Shown here piece by piece: positions 48,060 through 60,438 of a stretch of 64,000 nt of DNA (position 1 is the stretch's first letter; each line of letters begins with the position of its first letter). The notes below the pieces were generated by a model, which saw only the letters and a list, made by a program, of their open reading frames with translations, was not told the DNA's origin and made no database searches. Location of the stretch: contig NC_043004.1 in the NCBI RefSeq assembly GCF_006345805.1, forward strand, positions 4,154,001 through 4,218,000, given 5' to 3'. The position numbers and the translations under genes were made by a program. Origin of the DNA: Octopus sinensis. Taxonomy: Eukaryota.

Positions 48060-48830
48060 AATAGGCAACTAGGAAAGCAGTAATCCTCAAGATGCAGTCC
48101 AGCAAATGTCAATATTTGCCCTTGAAATTTATTGATTGACTTAATGTTTATGTGTTCTGGAAAGTGATGTTTGCTAAATCTGTTGATATGAGTGGAATTC
48201 TGGGTAAACTGCATCCTCTCTTGATGCACTCATTCAGATCATGCAATGGACACGCCAGTTGAGGAACACCTTCAATGTCAATTTGTTTTCTGTCTTAACC
48301 ACTGCACTTACAGGAGTTGAATTGATGGAACCACGACAGTCAGAAAGAACTCTCCTTTCCCTAACTTTTAACAAATTTCTGACAAAAAGACAAAAAAATA
48401 AATAAAACTGCTGCTTCCTAAAAAGATTGATTTACATGTTTTTTTGACATTTTGAAAATTTTTAACTTCAGTTCAAAGTGATGAGGATTTAAAGCCACTG
48501 CAGATTTCATCGGCCTTTGTTCCTTTGGAGATTAATAGAAGGATCTCACAATCCCACTGCAACTCCTCCCATTTGACATCTATTGTCAACCCAAGTCTTG
48601 CAATGTCCTTCCCAGGGCCTCCACAGTTCTATGTGCCATTGTGCATTTAACATTGACAATCATTTGCTATCTCTTAAGAGCATGTCCAGGTCCCAAATTT
48701 TTAGCAATGCTGCAAATAGATGTCTCATTTGCATCCAAGTCCAGAGTATACTTGGAAATAATGTCCTTCATGGCTTTCAAGAAGAAGTGTGATAGTAACA
48801 CCTTAAGAAACAAAGGAAACGTTATGTCTA
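48060..48830 (-). mobile_element. Helitron Pif1-like helicase relic (degenerate, frameshifted)
   Basis: Fragments CTMAHRTVEALGRTLQDL, ISKGTKADEICSGFKSSSL, PRIPLISTDL and SINKFQGQILTFAGLHLEDYCF match Helitron helicase motifs (ECTMAH.ALEALDRTLQDL, IPRGTPADE, TINKSQGQTL..GL.L...CF). Confidence 0.85.
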
Positions 48831-49198
48831 TGTTGACAGACTTTGACAAGCAGTACATTGATTGGAAATGTCTTTTCAGTTATCCCATGACCATCAAGAA
48901 ACAAAAATTCAACACTTCACTATTTTGCACGTAAAGAGTTTATTCCACTGCTTTTCACAAGTTAAAAGTGCAGAACATTCAGGCTTTTATGCCGTTTCTG
49001 TCGACCAATTTCACTCACACGGCACTGGTCAGTACAAAGCTATAACAGAAGAAAACTTGCTCAAGGTGCCACACAATAGGATAGATCCTACAACATATGG
49101 TAGTTACGAAGTGAACTCTATATCCATGCAACTCTGTATCCATGCAGTTGTGCCACCAACCCACCCTCCACACACACACAGTATAACACATAACCTAC

Positions 49199-49347
49199 CT
49201 GTTCTGTCTTTCCAAATCATCATTAAGCTGCTCTATCCGAATTATGTATTTCTGGTGTTCTTCCTTCCAAGCCGTAACCTCACAAAGATCTGTTTGTAGT
49301 TTTGATACTTCGTAGTGACGTGCTGTCTGCAAGGACTCTAATTTACG
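49199..49347 (-). CDS. nudE: NudE homolog, internal coding exon (LIS1-binding coiled coil)
   Basis: Acceptor ttcttattctgcag|CGT and donor AACAG|gtaggt. The 149-nt exon encodes RKLESLQTARHYEVSKLQTDLCEVTAWKEEHQKYIIRIEQLNDDLERQN(R), cf. NDEL1 KYVRELEQANDDLERAKR. Confidence 0.93.
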
Positions 49348-50759
49348 CTGCAGAATAAGAAATAATAAAATAGAGATTTGGAGAGGAAATAAAAAGAAGA
49401 GTTAAGGAATAAAATTTGAAATAAGTTTCCTCTTTCATTTTAGTAGATGATTGTTTCCAATCTTTAAAAAAATTTTTAAAAAATAAAAATACAACATATG
49501 CATTTCATCATCAATGTTTCGACACCCACTTCACCATGCTCGCATGGCTTAGACAGAATTCACTGAGCAGATTTTTTCTACAGCCAGATGCCCTTCCAAT
49601 CACCAAACTTCATTCGTTTCTAAGCAAGGTATTATTTCCATATGGCCCCAACATATTTTCATAGAAGATTGGAAACAAACAACCACTTGTACAATGGCAA
49701 CACCCATTCATAACTATCACACAAGGTCAAGACAAGGAGACCCAAACACATTTATGACAAGCTTCTTTCAGTTCCCATAAACCAAATCCACATACAACAC
49801 TATGCTCAACTTGGGGCTATAGTAGAAGACATTGTGAAACTGAACCTGAAACCATGTGGTTGGAAAGCAAACTTTTGAACTACAGCAAGTTGCTTGCGCA
49901 CTTGGTTATTTTTATTATTCTAGAACCAAACAATGAGGTTTTACTGCTTCATTAGTAAACAATAACAACTAAATAACAACAAATGTCAAGAATTTTTCTT
50001 TTCTTTATATTATAATAATGACAATTATTAGTCATATTTTTGTACTTAGAATTAATTAAGCTGCTTTTCATCCATGGAATACAAAAGGACTGAAGTATGT
50101 AAATAGATATTGTTCGCTAATAAGGCCTTTTAAACTGAACATGAAAGTCAAATGGAGAAATATTAATTTTAATCACTTTGTAGTTTGTTGCAAAATTTCA
50201 ACAAATCTTTCCATTAATTTATTTCTAATGAAATAGATTGCTGATGTTTCAATTAATTTTGACAATAATCAAAAGCATGGTAGGATTTACAAAAGTAACA
50301 TTTTAATTAAGATAATGATTGGAACACAAGAGGTTCCAGCATAAAATTCTGATCATCAACAACCCCTGGACATCAATGTCTAGTCCTAGGACACATAGGG
50401 CCAGCTACCCAGGTTGTGTGCCCATGCCATGTAAGAGCACACGTACCAGTACTGTGTAAGAGCACCTATGCCAGTGCAATGTAGTGATCATGCCGGCATC
50501 ATGTAACTGTTCCCATGTCAATGCCACATGAATGCACTTGTACTGGTACCACGTTAAAAGCACCCAGCACACACTGTAAAGTGGTTGGCATTACAAATGG
50601 CTTCCAGCTATAAAAATCAAGCCAAATCAGACTAGAACCTGGTGCAGCTCCCCAGCTCTGGTCAACCTGTTCAACCCATGCCAAATTGGAAAAGGAGGAG
50701 GAGGAGATCATAACATTCCCCTGGAACAGGATGCCAGGCCATTACAGGGTTACCACTCA

Positions 50760-51247
50760 GTTCTATATTTAAGAGATGGGGAATTATGTACATTATTTAC
50801 ATTAGACGGATATTTGTCCTCATCTTGTTTGTTGTTAACACAACGTTTCGGCTGATATAATCTCCAGCCTTCATCAGGTGTCTTGGGGAAATTTTGAACC
50901 TGGGTTCTCATTCCTAAGGTATTTTTTGATATTATTATGATTATTATTCAGGTCACTGCCTGGAATTGAACTCGGAATCTTGGGGTTAGTAGCCCATGCT
51001 CTTAACCACTATGCCACGGGCATATGGCATAATGGTTAAGAGTGTGGGCTACTAACCCCAAGATTCCAAGTTCAATTCCAGGCAATGACCTGAATAATAA
51101 TAATATCAAAAAATACCTTAGGAACGAGAACCCAGGTTTGAAATTTCCCCAAGACACCTGATAAAGGCTGGAGGTTATATCAGCCAAAACATGTTAACAA
51201 CAACCAAGATGAGGACAAATATTCGTCAAATTTAAATAATGTAAATA
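50760..51247. mobile_element. Palindromic head-to-head retro-insertion: two inverted tRNA-head + hammerhead-tail units
   Basis: Arms of about 230 nt are reverse complements around a centre near 51016. A 14-bp direct repeat AGGGTTACCACTCA flanks it (50746-50759 / 51248-51261). Each arm has A-box-like TGGCATA(A/G)TGG and B-box-like GTTCAATTCC motifs. Confidence 0.85.
50837..50882 (-). ncRNA. Minimal type-I hammerhead ribozyme (Penelope-like type)
   Basis: The minus strand reads GACAC-CTGATGA-A-GGCTG-gagattatat-CAGCC-GAAA-CGTT-GTGTT. This gives an intact CUGAUGA/GAAA core, a 5-bp stem II, a 5-bp stem I, a palindromic ACGU instead of stem III, and a GUU cleavage triplet. Activity is untested. 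Confidence 0.7.
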
Positions 51248-53954
51248 AGGGTTACCACTCATTTACAGTTGAGGGGACAGGAGCAACATGAAATGAAATG
51301 TTTTGCTCAAGAACACAATGCACTGCCCAGTGTGGAAATTGAAGAGTGAAACGTCCTAGCCACTGAGCCACAATGCCTGCCTGCACCAAAATTATGACGG
51401 AAGATTTCAATTACATATGAACATTTTAAAACAAACAACAAATAGGTAATCTCAGGCAGATTGATATTGAAATGGCTAGCAAGCAACTAACTCATCAATG
51501 CCTATTCATAAAGAGACATTCTCCAGTAACTATCTGATGCAAGTGAGTCATTAAACAAACATTTAATATGGATTTTTGCTAGGTCGGTCTCTCTTTCTTT
51601 CTCTCTCTCTCTCTCTCTCGCTAAATGTTTTATAGAGCTAAACACTAACAAAATAATCTAGGTGTAGTCATCATAAATTAGCACTACTATTACCAACAAC
51701 ATCAATTCATATGACTTGTCTAATGCATCCTGAAAAAGCTACATTCCTCATTTGTAAGGAAGCAAAATCATGCATTTCTGGAGACACCCAAAGAAATATC
51801 AATAAGAAAAAGCTATTAATAAGGAAGTACACCTATTAAAAAAAAATTGCATCCTAGCATGTATGCCATGCATTAATGAACACCAAGTTAAAGCAGTGTG
51901 CAGTCAGTAAGGGGTTGAAAAAAAGGCTAAGGAAAGACATGTCTTCCAGATAGGGGGCTGCATCTTATCAGTGCTATACTGCAAACTACCCTACAATCTT
52001 TATCAGCATGAGTAAATGGATGCTAAATCAATAAAGATGATGACATAGTTGCTTGTGCACATGTGAATGTGCCTGTGAGAGAGTGCACGTGAGTGTGTGT
52101 GCATGCAAGAGTGAGTGTGAGCACGTGTGAATGTGAATGTGTGTGCATGAGTGTACATGCACATGTGAAGGTGTGTGAGTACACATGCAAGGAAATGTGA
52201 ACTTTATATTACACAACAGAGATAATATGCTTAGGGCAAGAGTTTCTACAGCCAGGTGCCTTTCTTATTGATATCCCTCACCTGTTTCCAAGTGAGATAA
52301 CATTTTCCTATGTTTGAACATATTTTCATGAAACACTGCTTGTATGACAGTGGCATTTGTCTACAACAATCATGCAATGTCAAGACAAGGAAACACCCAA
52401 TGACAGTTTTTGTTTACAGAATCCACTCACAAGAATTTGGTCAACCTAGGACACTGTAATACAAAACACTTGCCCAAGGTACCATGCAGGGGACTAAACC
52501 CAGAACCAAGAGTGTGGGAAGCAAGCTTCTTAACCACAACCATGCTGCTGAATGAAAAATGACTAGATTAGAGGAGACTCACTAATACTGTGAACACAGC
52601 AAAATATGCAAAGTTAGCAAAATATGCAAAGTTCACACTATAAAGTGTTTCATGATCTATTTAACCCATGTAAGTATGAGAAAAAGACATGTGGTACATA
52701 TGTTCAGAGGAAATTATATATTTTATAAACAAGTAAAAAATATCTCCTCTGACCAAAATAAAGAAACTTTTTCTATAACTACAGCTAAAAAATATACAAT
52801 AAAAGCTATTTTTACTTTCCATTTGAAACAAAGTAAAGAACCTAACAAGGAAGTAGCTGCATAGTCAATAGGTTTCTAAACATAGCAGTCAAATCTCCCC
52901 CCAAATCACACCCACCATTTTAAAATGGGGAGGACAACTGAGATAATATGGTCCAAGATACTCCTCATCAGACCGGATTGTTAAGCTGGAATGCCTTTGA
53001 TCACAGGTATGCTCAATTAGGGTTGAAACAGAATAAAGAACAACTTCAACTATTAGCTAATAACAGTTCTAGAGGATTATTAAAAAAAAAAAAGGAAAGA
53101 AACCTTAAGTCATTGCATAGGGGTGGTCAAATGACAATGTACAAGATTGAAAGCCAGTTGTCTGTGCCAAACCAATGGAATGAAATTGAGCTATTTCACA
53201 TCTAAAAGGGAATGTTCAAGCAACCCAAAAATACATAGTGAATGACCAATGACTGAAGCCACAGGAATTCCTTAAATCTTTGCCAACAGATATATTTAGT
53301 AGCAGTTTTAAAACAAGAATATTCTATTTTTAGATAAAATACCTCCCAGATCTTTAGTCACTTTTCCTAGATATAAATAGTTGCTATATTTTCCTTGAAA
53401 CACAGTTCAGTTTAGAAGAAACCAATTGATAGAAAATTGAGACGTTGACAACAATGATATAGGTCATGCAGTCACGTTTTACTAACACCTTGAATTATCA
53501 TGCAGAAAGAAGTTTGACCAGCCATTAGTCCTGTGACGTACTTGTTAGCGAAGACTTTAAACTGATAAAACTAATTGAGAAAAGTAGCAGCACAACATTG
53601 ATCTGTTGACAGAGAAAGTTGTGGAGCAGTACCAGTGTGCAAATCTTCAACTACAGAATTTACACTCCAAACATTAAGAACATGTCAGAACATTCAAAGT
53701 TATCAACTTAGAATTTCCAGTCCTCCACATTTTACTCTTTATGTATCAAAACCACCTATTTGTCTTAAATGAAGAAGGTAACACTAATCCATGATATAAT
53801 AAGAACAGGATGGCCATAACTGGGAAGTCAATTTTAAGTTTACTTAATTAGTGCTGACCTGAAGCTGAACAACACTTGCAATAAGTAAGGCAACTTTGAA
53901 TTTAAGAATGCAAATATATTTATTATAGCTGGGTACATTAATGAAGCAATAGGT

Positions 53955-54315
53955 GTGGGCATGGATGTGCAGTTAAGAGGCTTACTTTGCAACCATGTGG
54001 TTTTAAATTTAGTTTCACTGCATGGCACTTTGGGCAAATTGCCCCAGATCAACCAATGGCTTGAGAGTGAATTTAAGAAGCACACAGTGTGGAAACCCAT
54101 CACATATGCATGTGCTTGTGTGCACATGCACCTTTGTGCCTGTGTTTGTTGATTTGTTTATGTTTCCATAACATGGAAGTTTAGTAATAGTGATCAAGGG
54201 AATAAGTATTAGACTTAAAAATAGAAAAAACGTGGGATTGATTCAATCGCCTAAAAATTCTTCAAGGCAGTGCACCAGCATGGCTGCAATCCAAAGAGTG
54301 AAACAAGTAAAAAGT
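53955..54315 (+). mobile_element. SINE family A copy (old)
   Basis: Diverged head and core; tail GAAACAAGTAAAAAG. Confidence 0.7.
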
Positions 54316-54393
54316 AGAAGTCAATACAATTTTAAGCTTTCCTAAGTTTACTTTGCAAACAAACATAAATCTCATCTAAAAATGAATTAGACT

Positions 54394-54507
54394 TGCTCAA
54401 ATTAACTGTACAAAAGTCACTAGTGACTCCAAATTAAGGAGACCTGATTCTGCTCAGATTAACTGTACAGAAGTCACTAGTGACTCCAGATTAAGGAGAC
54501 ATGATTT
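54394..54507. repeat. 2 x 57-bp tandem repeat, each unit containing the 14-bp palindrome AGTCACTAGTGACT
   Basis: TGCTCA(A/G)ATTAACTGTACA(A/G)AAGTCACTAGTGACTCCA(A/G)ATTAAGGAGAC(C/A)TGATT, twice. Confidence 0.9.
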
Positions 54508-57500
54508 TGAACATCATTTCCAAAATGTTGACCCTTAGGTGCAAATCCATTTGTCTGAATCTCATCTTTGGCACTACGCAGCTCTGTATACTGAATTCTT
54601 CCCATCTGGAAACAGATCAGGTAAAATCAGAAAGAGAAAGGATGAAAATCAGATTGTAAACTGCTCGTCTACAGTGACAAGATAGAATCTATCAACTAAA
54701 TCATCATCATCATTTAATATCTCCTTTTCCATGCTTGCCTGGGTCAGACTGAATTAGCCAAGGCAGATTTTTCTATAGCCAGATGCCCTTCCTGTTGCCA
54801 AACCTCACCTGTTCCCTAGCAAGGTAAATATTTCTCATGGCCAGACGTTTTTCCACAGAAGACTATAAATGAACATCACTTGTGTGATGGTGATGCTCAT
54901 TTACAACCATTATGTGATGTTTGTTACAAGAGTACATGCACAAATGTTCATGCATAAACACACACACAAAGTTTTTTACAGTTTCTGTCTGTTGAACCTA
55001 CTTCCAAGGCGTAGGTTGGCTCAGACCAATAGTAAAAGACACTTATGCAAGCCAGACAATGGGACTGAACCCAAGACCATATGACTGAAAAGCAAACTTC
55101 TTAACTATATAACCAATCTTTTTTGACAAAGTATCCAGCTGTAGAAACACTGCCAGATCTGACTGGCCTGGTGCAGCCTTCGGGCTTCCCAGACCCCAGT
55201 TGAACCGTCCAACCCATGCTAGCATGGAAAGCAGACGTTAAACGATGATGATGATTCTGCTTTTAGAATAAAACCAAATTATCAGTGTATCTGCCAGAGT
55301 AGAGTCTAACAAAGATAACCTTGAGAAAAGTGATTTCATTTTTTGCTACTGTTTTAATTAAACCTCCTAAATCTTGTTGACCTGCACAGAATCATTTTAT
55401 ATTCACAATTCTATATGCTATATATTCCTTGTTACATTGATTATACATATAAAATTTCAAATGTAAAATGAGTGAAAAAGATTTCCTGTTTGTCTGAAAC
55501 ACAACACAAAAGAAACCTTATATTTATTTTTAGAACAAATGTCTTGACAAAGAGTGATCTCTATTTCCTTCAAAATTTTGCCTGAACAACTATGTAAAAC
55601 AATATCACAACATCCCAAAGACACAAGCCTCTATGTGGAAGCCTCTATGTGGTTGCTCATTTTGCTAGAAATAGCAGCCAAATCAAATCACACACTGCCA
55701 TCCCATTCCCATCAATGCAAAATGTATAGATAATCACAATATTACTTCTAAAACTTAATCGCTATGATGCCATCATGCTTGAGATTGCTTTTTGTTATAG
55801 AGTCATAGAATAGTAAAGGTATGGAATATTCAAGAAACCAGACAGTAAAAAATATCCAGAGAAATAAGTCAGATGCTTTCAAAAGTCTAAGGTGACAAAT
55901 ATCATAGAAAATTAAATATTTTTTTCTTTGAATATTTACAAACAAAGAAGACATAGAACTAGAGAGACACTCAAGTGAACTTGCATCATAAATGCTTTCT
56001 TCTATATCTTTAATCTCTAAATGTCATCAGTGCAGATTCATATTATTGATATCTTAGGATAATCAGCTCAACAAATACACACAAAGAGATGTGAGCGCAT
56101 TACACAGATAATCTGTATAGGAGGAAGGGGTATTAATTTCTTTGACCATGCAGTCACGAAAAATTAACTTAATTCAATGGATATTTATACTATGTTGACT
56201 GAACTCTAGAGCCTATGGAAGATAAAGCCATTGGCAACACAACATTAGATTAAATTTAAAAAATACAAAAAATTTTTTAAAAACTAACTACATTGTTCTC
56301 TGTTCCTATGAACTCATTCACACCATACACATAAAAACCAACACAATGCATTCATCTCATCTTGTCTCAGGTGTGTGATTCACATCTCCAAACCTAAAAC
56401 ATTTAACAAAACGGTTTAATGGTCAATGTACATACTAAAAGAGTTCAATTTCCTGTCACTAATTTTGCTCTGCTATCATTCTAGCTACAACACTGCATGA
56501 CACCCATTAAAACCAACACAATACATTCACCTCTTCTCATAACCATATCTATACCTGACACTTCCAATCCTTGCAAATGTACCACACCCACAATTCTTAT
56601 AAAACTACCTCACAACATCAACCCTTATAAGTGCACTCCACTGCACCCCCTATAAATATACCACACATAACCCAATCCTAAATGTGTATCAAACCCCATC
56701 TTTATAAATGTCTCACACACATCCAATACATCCCAGTATTTAGTAGTGAACACTCCACACAATCTTATGTTTACCTTTCAATCACAACTGTTCAGTTTAA
56801 ACAATCGTTGCAGTTCTGTCTATGCAACAACAGTCCAAAACTGAACAATAACCACACAAATCTTACTCAGTTACTACACACTTCAAATGGTTCAAATACA
56901 ACGTGAATGGCCTCAATTAGAGTGCTGGACTAAACAGAGTACAGCTGTGCACTAACAATAGAAAATACTAATAATACTGAATGTGAGAAGACACAGGGGA
57001 AACAGATCTGTAAACACTGGACCTAACAGACTAGTGACAACAATGTTGCATGACAAGCACATCCATCTCATACCAGCAGAAAAAATACATAATGACAGGC
57101 ATAGACAGAGTGACAGGTCTACATAAACAGACAAAGTTCCCATTTCAGTGAAGGTGTGGTTTACATTCCAGGACCTAGTGATGCATTATGTTCTTGAGCA
57201 AAACACTTTGTTTCATATTGCTCCAGTCCACCCAATTTCAGTAATAGCTGGGAAGTTAACCATGTGACAGACCAGTGTCCCATTCAGAGATTCATATGCC
57301 ATGGAAATCATGGTTAAACTCCAGCCTTATGAGTCTTTGGGCTCATGACAAACAGACCAGCACTCATTTTGTATATGAGGAATTTAGCATACTAAGAAGA
57401 TAATGAATCCTTAAAACATTCTTCTTGACAAAAGAAGCAATTATTTCAATACACTGAGCTATTCATGAAGCAAATGGAAAATATACAGAGCATTTGTCTC

Positions 57501-58331
57501 TGTGGAGATGTTCAAAGTTATATTAGGAACTATTCCCTTTCAGAATTTCAATGATGAAGTTATTAATGATACAGATATAATAGGTATCTTGCAATATTTA
57601 AGTAAATTGGATATTCTTTCTGAAATACACATTTTAATGACCACCTACCCATACTCATATAGGTCAGACAATTTGATGAGGTAGATTTTCTATGGTCACA
57701 TAACTTTTTTGTCACCAGCCCTCACCTATGTTCAAGTGAGGTAATACTTTCCCTTGGCTAGATATCTTTTCACAGAAGATTGGAAACAAAAAGACACTGT
57801 TGGCATGATGGTGACTCATGTTTACTACTATCAGGTAATATCATGAGGACGTGATTCCATGATGCTAAACTTCATGAAAGAGACAGCAAGCAACTGCAGC
57901 AAGTGGTGAGATGCTGCTGGAACAAACGTGTCCAACTCTGCTAGCATCAAATGGAAAATTGACATAAAATGGTGGTGGTCATGACACTATCAAAAAGTAT
58001 CATCACCACATGGTCAAGCACTTGTTGCAGTGTGACAGGTTGTATGCCTCAAATGAGCTATGCCAGCAGAGTGCAAATTCTTGGTACGGTTTCCCATGCT
58101 GGACAGGTCTAAAGATAAAAGCCAGACTAATATGGACCCAAAGGTAAAAGTGAGTTTGGGTAAGGGAGAATGCCCATACCTAGAAAACAGCAAGTTACAT
58201 AGCCATCAATGATAATTCAGAACCAACAAGACCTGGAAGAGGAAAGATAGCCCTGAGTCAAGAAAGTTGGAGAAAAATTACTGATGACCTATGCACTCTG
58301 AGGAGCAAAGGGCTTAAGTTAGTAATGATAC

Positions 58332-60146
58332 TGTGAGGATGAGATGAGCCAGAAGGAAGAAGTGAGAGAAGGAAGACCAGGGTCATCCTCTTTTGCCTTA
58401 AGGCACTCACTGCAGACAGACGTGTGGAGCGAGCTAGCAAGATTGGTAGTAGCAGTTGCTTACATTAGGTGCAACAGGCAGAGTGCAAGTTTTGGACTTA
58501 GTACAGCTGGATGGCTGACAATGAGAAGGTAGGTGAACCATCTCTTATTTCCCTGCATTACAGTTCCCTCATACAACAAGTTATTTTGGCATATGAGTGT
58601 TTGAAAGAGAGGATCTTTTCATTGTCTTAGCTGTACTAAGTCCAAAACTTGCACTCTGCCCATCACACCTAATGTAAGCAGCTGCTACTGCCAATCCTGC
58701 TAGCTCAATCCACACACATCTGTTTGTTGCGAATCACATCTGTTTGTGGTCAATCACCTACAATCACCTGCAACCTCAGTGTTGTGCCCTGAACCGCTAT
58801 TTCCACATCACTGCTACATTTACATCCAGTTTCAATCGCCTAAACACTACTTGTCTCCTTCCACTTTTTTATCACCCTCAGGGTCACAAGAAACATCGTA
58901 AAGCCCATATCTACGAACACTTCTCCCCCAACCAAAACTTCAACTACAGACATCAACTGCACGGGCACCTTTAGTCGCTCCCTGAGACAGTTTGAGAAGC
59001 AGAAACTTCCCCATGGCCTTTTCCCTGGCTGCAATTTAAAGCGATAGGCCCCTGAAGCAGGGCTCTGTAGACGAATTACTAATGGACAATAGCATTGCAT
59101 TTTGTTCAGAGACACTGAAGGAGATGCTTCATAAGTGGAATGTGCACCACTTCTTCAGAGCGACATACAGGCTGAGTGGAAATGGGATCGTGGAAAGACA
59201 TCATCGAATGGGTGGAGAGGGGATGCATCTTACCACTGGAAGTAGTATTCTAGTACAATATGTTACTCCGATCAGAACAGGTCGAAGAGTCCATGCCACA
59301 CACACTGATAGGTGGAGAAGAGGAAGAGAACAAGGCTCCCTCTCTACAGAGATCACAGCGTGTGAGGCATCTATATGGGTGGATGGCAGATTTTGACATG
59401 GAGTAAAGTGAGGAGGTGATCTTTGAAATCGAGGGAGTGGGGTATGTGGGTACGAAATGAGCCAGAAGGAAAGAGCTGTGAGGTCAACAGTCAAGGGGCC
59501 TGACCAGAACAGAGTGGGCGAGTGAGGAAGTGAGGGAAGAAGACCAGGGCTGTCCACTTTTGCCTTGAGGCACTCGCCACAAACAGATGTGTATGTGAAG
59601 CAAGCTAGCGGGACTGGTAGTAGGAGCTGCTTACATTAGGTGCAATGGGCAGGGCGTAAATTTTGGACTTAGTGGATGGAAGCATTCCGTCGGTTACAAC
59701 GATGAGGGTTCCGGTTGATCCAATGAACGGAACAGCCTGCTCGTGAAATTAACGTGTAAGTGGCTGAGCACTCCACAGACACGTGTACCCTTAACGTAGT
59801 TCTCGGGGATATTCAGCGTGACACAGAGAGTGACAAGGCCAGCCCTTTGAAATACAGGTACAACAGAAACAGGAAGTAAGAGTGAGAGAAAGTTGTGGTG
59901 AAAGAGTACAGCAGGGATCACCACCATCCCTGCCGGAGCATCGTGGAGCTTTAGATGTTTTCGCTCAATAAACACTCACAACACCCGGTCTGGGAATTGA
60001 AACCGCGATCCTACGACCGCGAGTCCGCTGCCCTAACCACTGGGCCATTGCGCCTCCACTTAGTACAACTGGATGGACGACAACAACAAGAAGGTAGGTG
60101 AACCATCTCTTATTTCCCCCCCGCATTACAGTCCCCTCATACAACA
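58332..60146 (+). mobile_element. Gypsy/Ty3-type LTR retrotransposon relic with an internal inversion and a SINE nested in the 3' LTR
   Basis: LTRs TGT...ACA at 58332-58578 and 59445-60146, 5-bp TSD GATAC (58327-58331 / 60147-60151), and a purine tract before the second LTR. Integrase relic DNSIAFCSETLKEMLHKWNVHHFFRATYRLSGNGIVERHHR (+, about 59082-59210) and protease-like VEVLVGGEVFVDMGFTMFLV (-, about 58880-58945). Confidence 0.85.
59674..60059 (-). mobile_element. Young tRNA-derived SINE inserted in the 3' LTR
   Basis: Head GTGGAGGCGCAATGGCCCAGTGGTTAGGGCAGCGGACTCGCGGTCGTAGGATCGCGGTTTCAATTCCC on -. TSD (AC)TTAGT at 59667-59673 / 60058-60064. Confidence 0.85.
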
Positions 60147-60284
60147 GATACCACCCCCAATAAGCTTGTAGCTAAATGGATGAAATCAATATTTCACAAT
60201 GAAGTCTTCCAAAAGATAACATGCAGGGCACTGGCACACGTTACTGAGATGATTGTAGAAAATATAACTCAATAAACCACCTAC

Positions 60285-60438
60285 CTTTAATGATTCTACT
60301 TCTTCTTGTAAGCGACTGTTTACTGCAGTAAAGTCTTTTTTCTCTTTATCTAGGTGTTTTATTGTGGTATCCATCTCCTCTTCAAGCTCTTTACTGCTGG
60401 TATGGAACTCCAGAAACTCTTCTCGTAACGCCTGCAGG
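60285..60438 (-). CDS. nudE: NudE/NDE1/NDEL1 homolog, internal coding exon (N-terminal coiled coil)
   Basis: Acceptor tttctttctgcag|C and donor AAG|gtaggt. The 154-nt exon (phase 2 to 0) encodes LQALREEFLEFHTSSKELEEEMDTTIKHLDKEKKDFTAVNSRLQEEVESLK, which aligns by eye to NDEL1 [23 protein letters not shown]...NQRLKYEVEALK. Length and phases match my recollection of human NDE1 exon c.84-237. Confidence 0.92.

Larger units (their letters stand above)
49505..55110 (-). mobile_element. Further SINE A' copies at 49505-49885, 52225-52545 and 54700-55110 (span given; not contiguous)
   Basis: Shared tail and head motifs as above. Confidence 0.7.

Noticed and set aside
48862-49299. 145-aa plus-strand ORF
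   Set aside because: It is a SINE fragment plus the antisense of a NudE exon, with no coherent protein features.
51018-51090. Functional tRNA genes (also the heads at 4076, 5001 and 60059)
   Set aside because: They have A/B boxes but no complete acceptor stem, and they continue into repeat bodies; these are SINE heads.
60431-60433. Alternative acceptor CTGCAG|GCG 7 nt inside the 154-nt exon
   Set aside because: It would be phase 0; the upstream AG gives the conserved length and phase 2.
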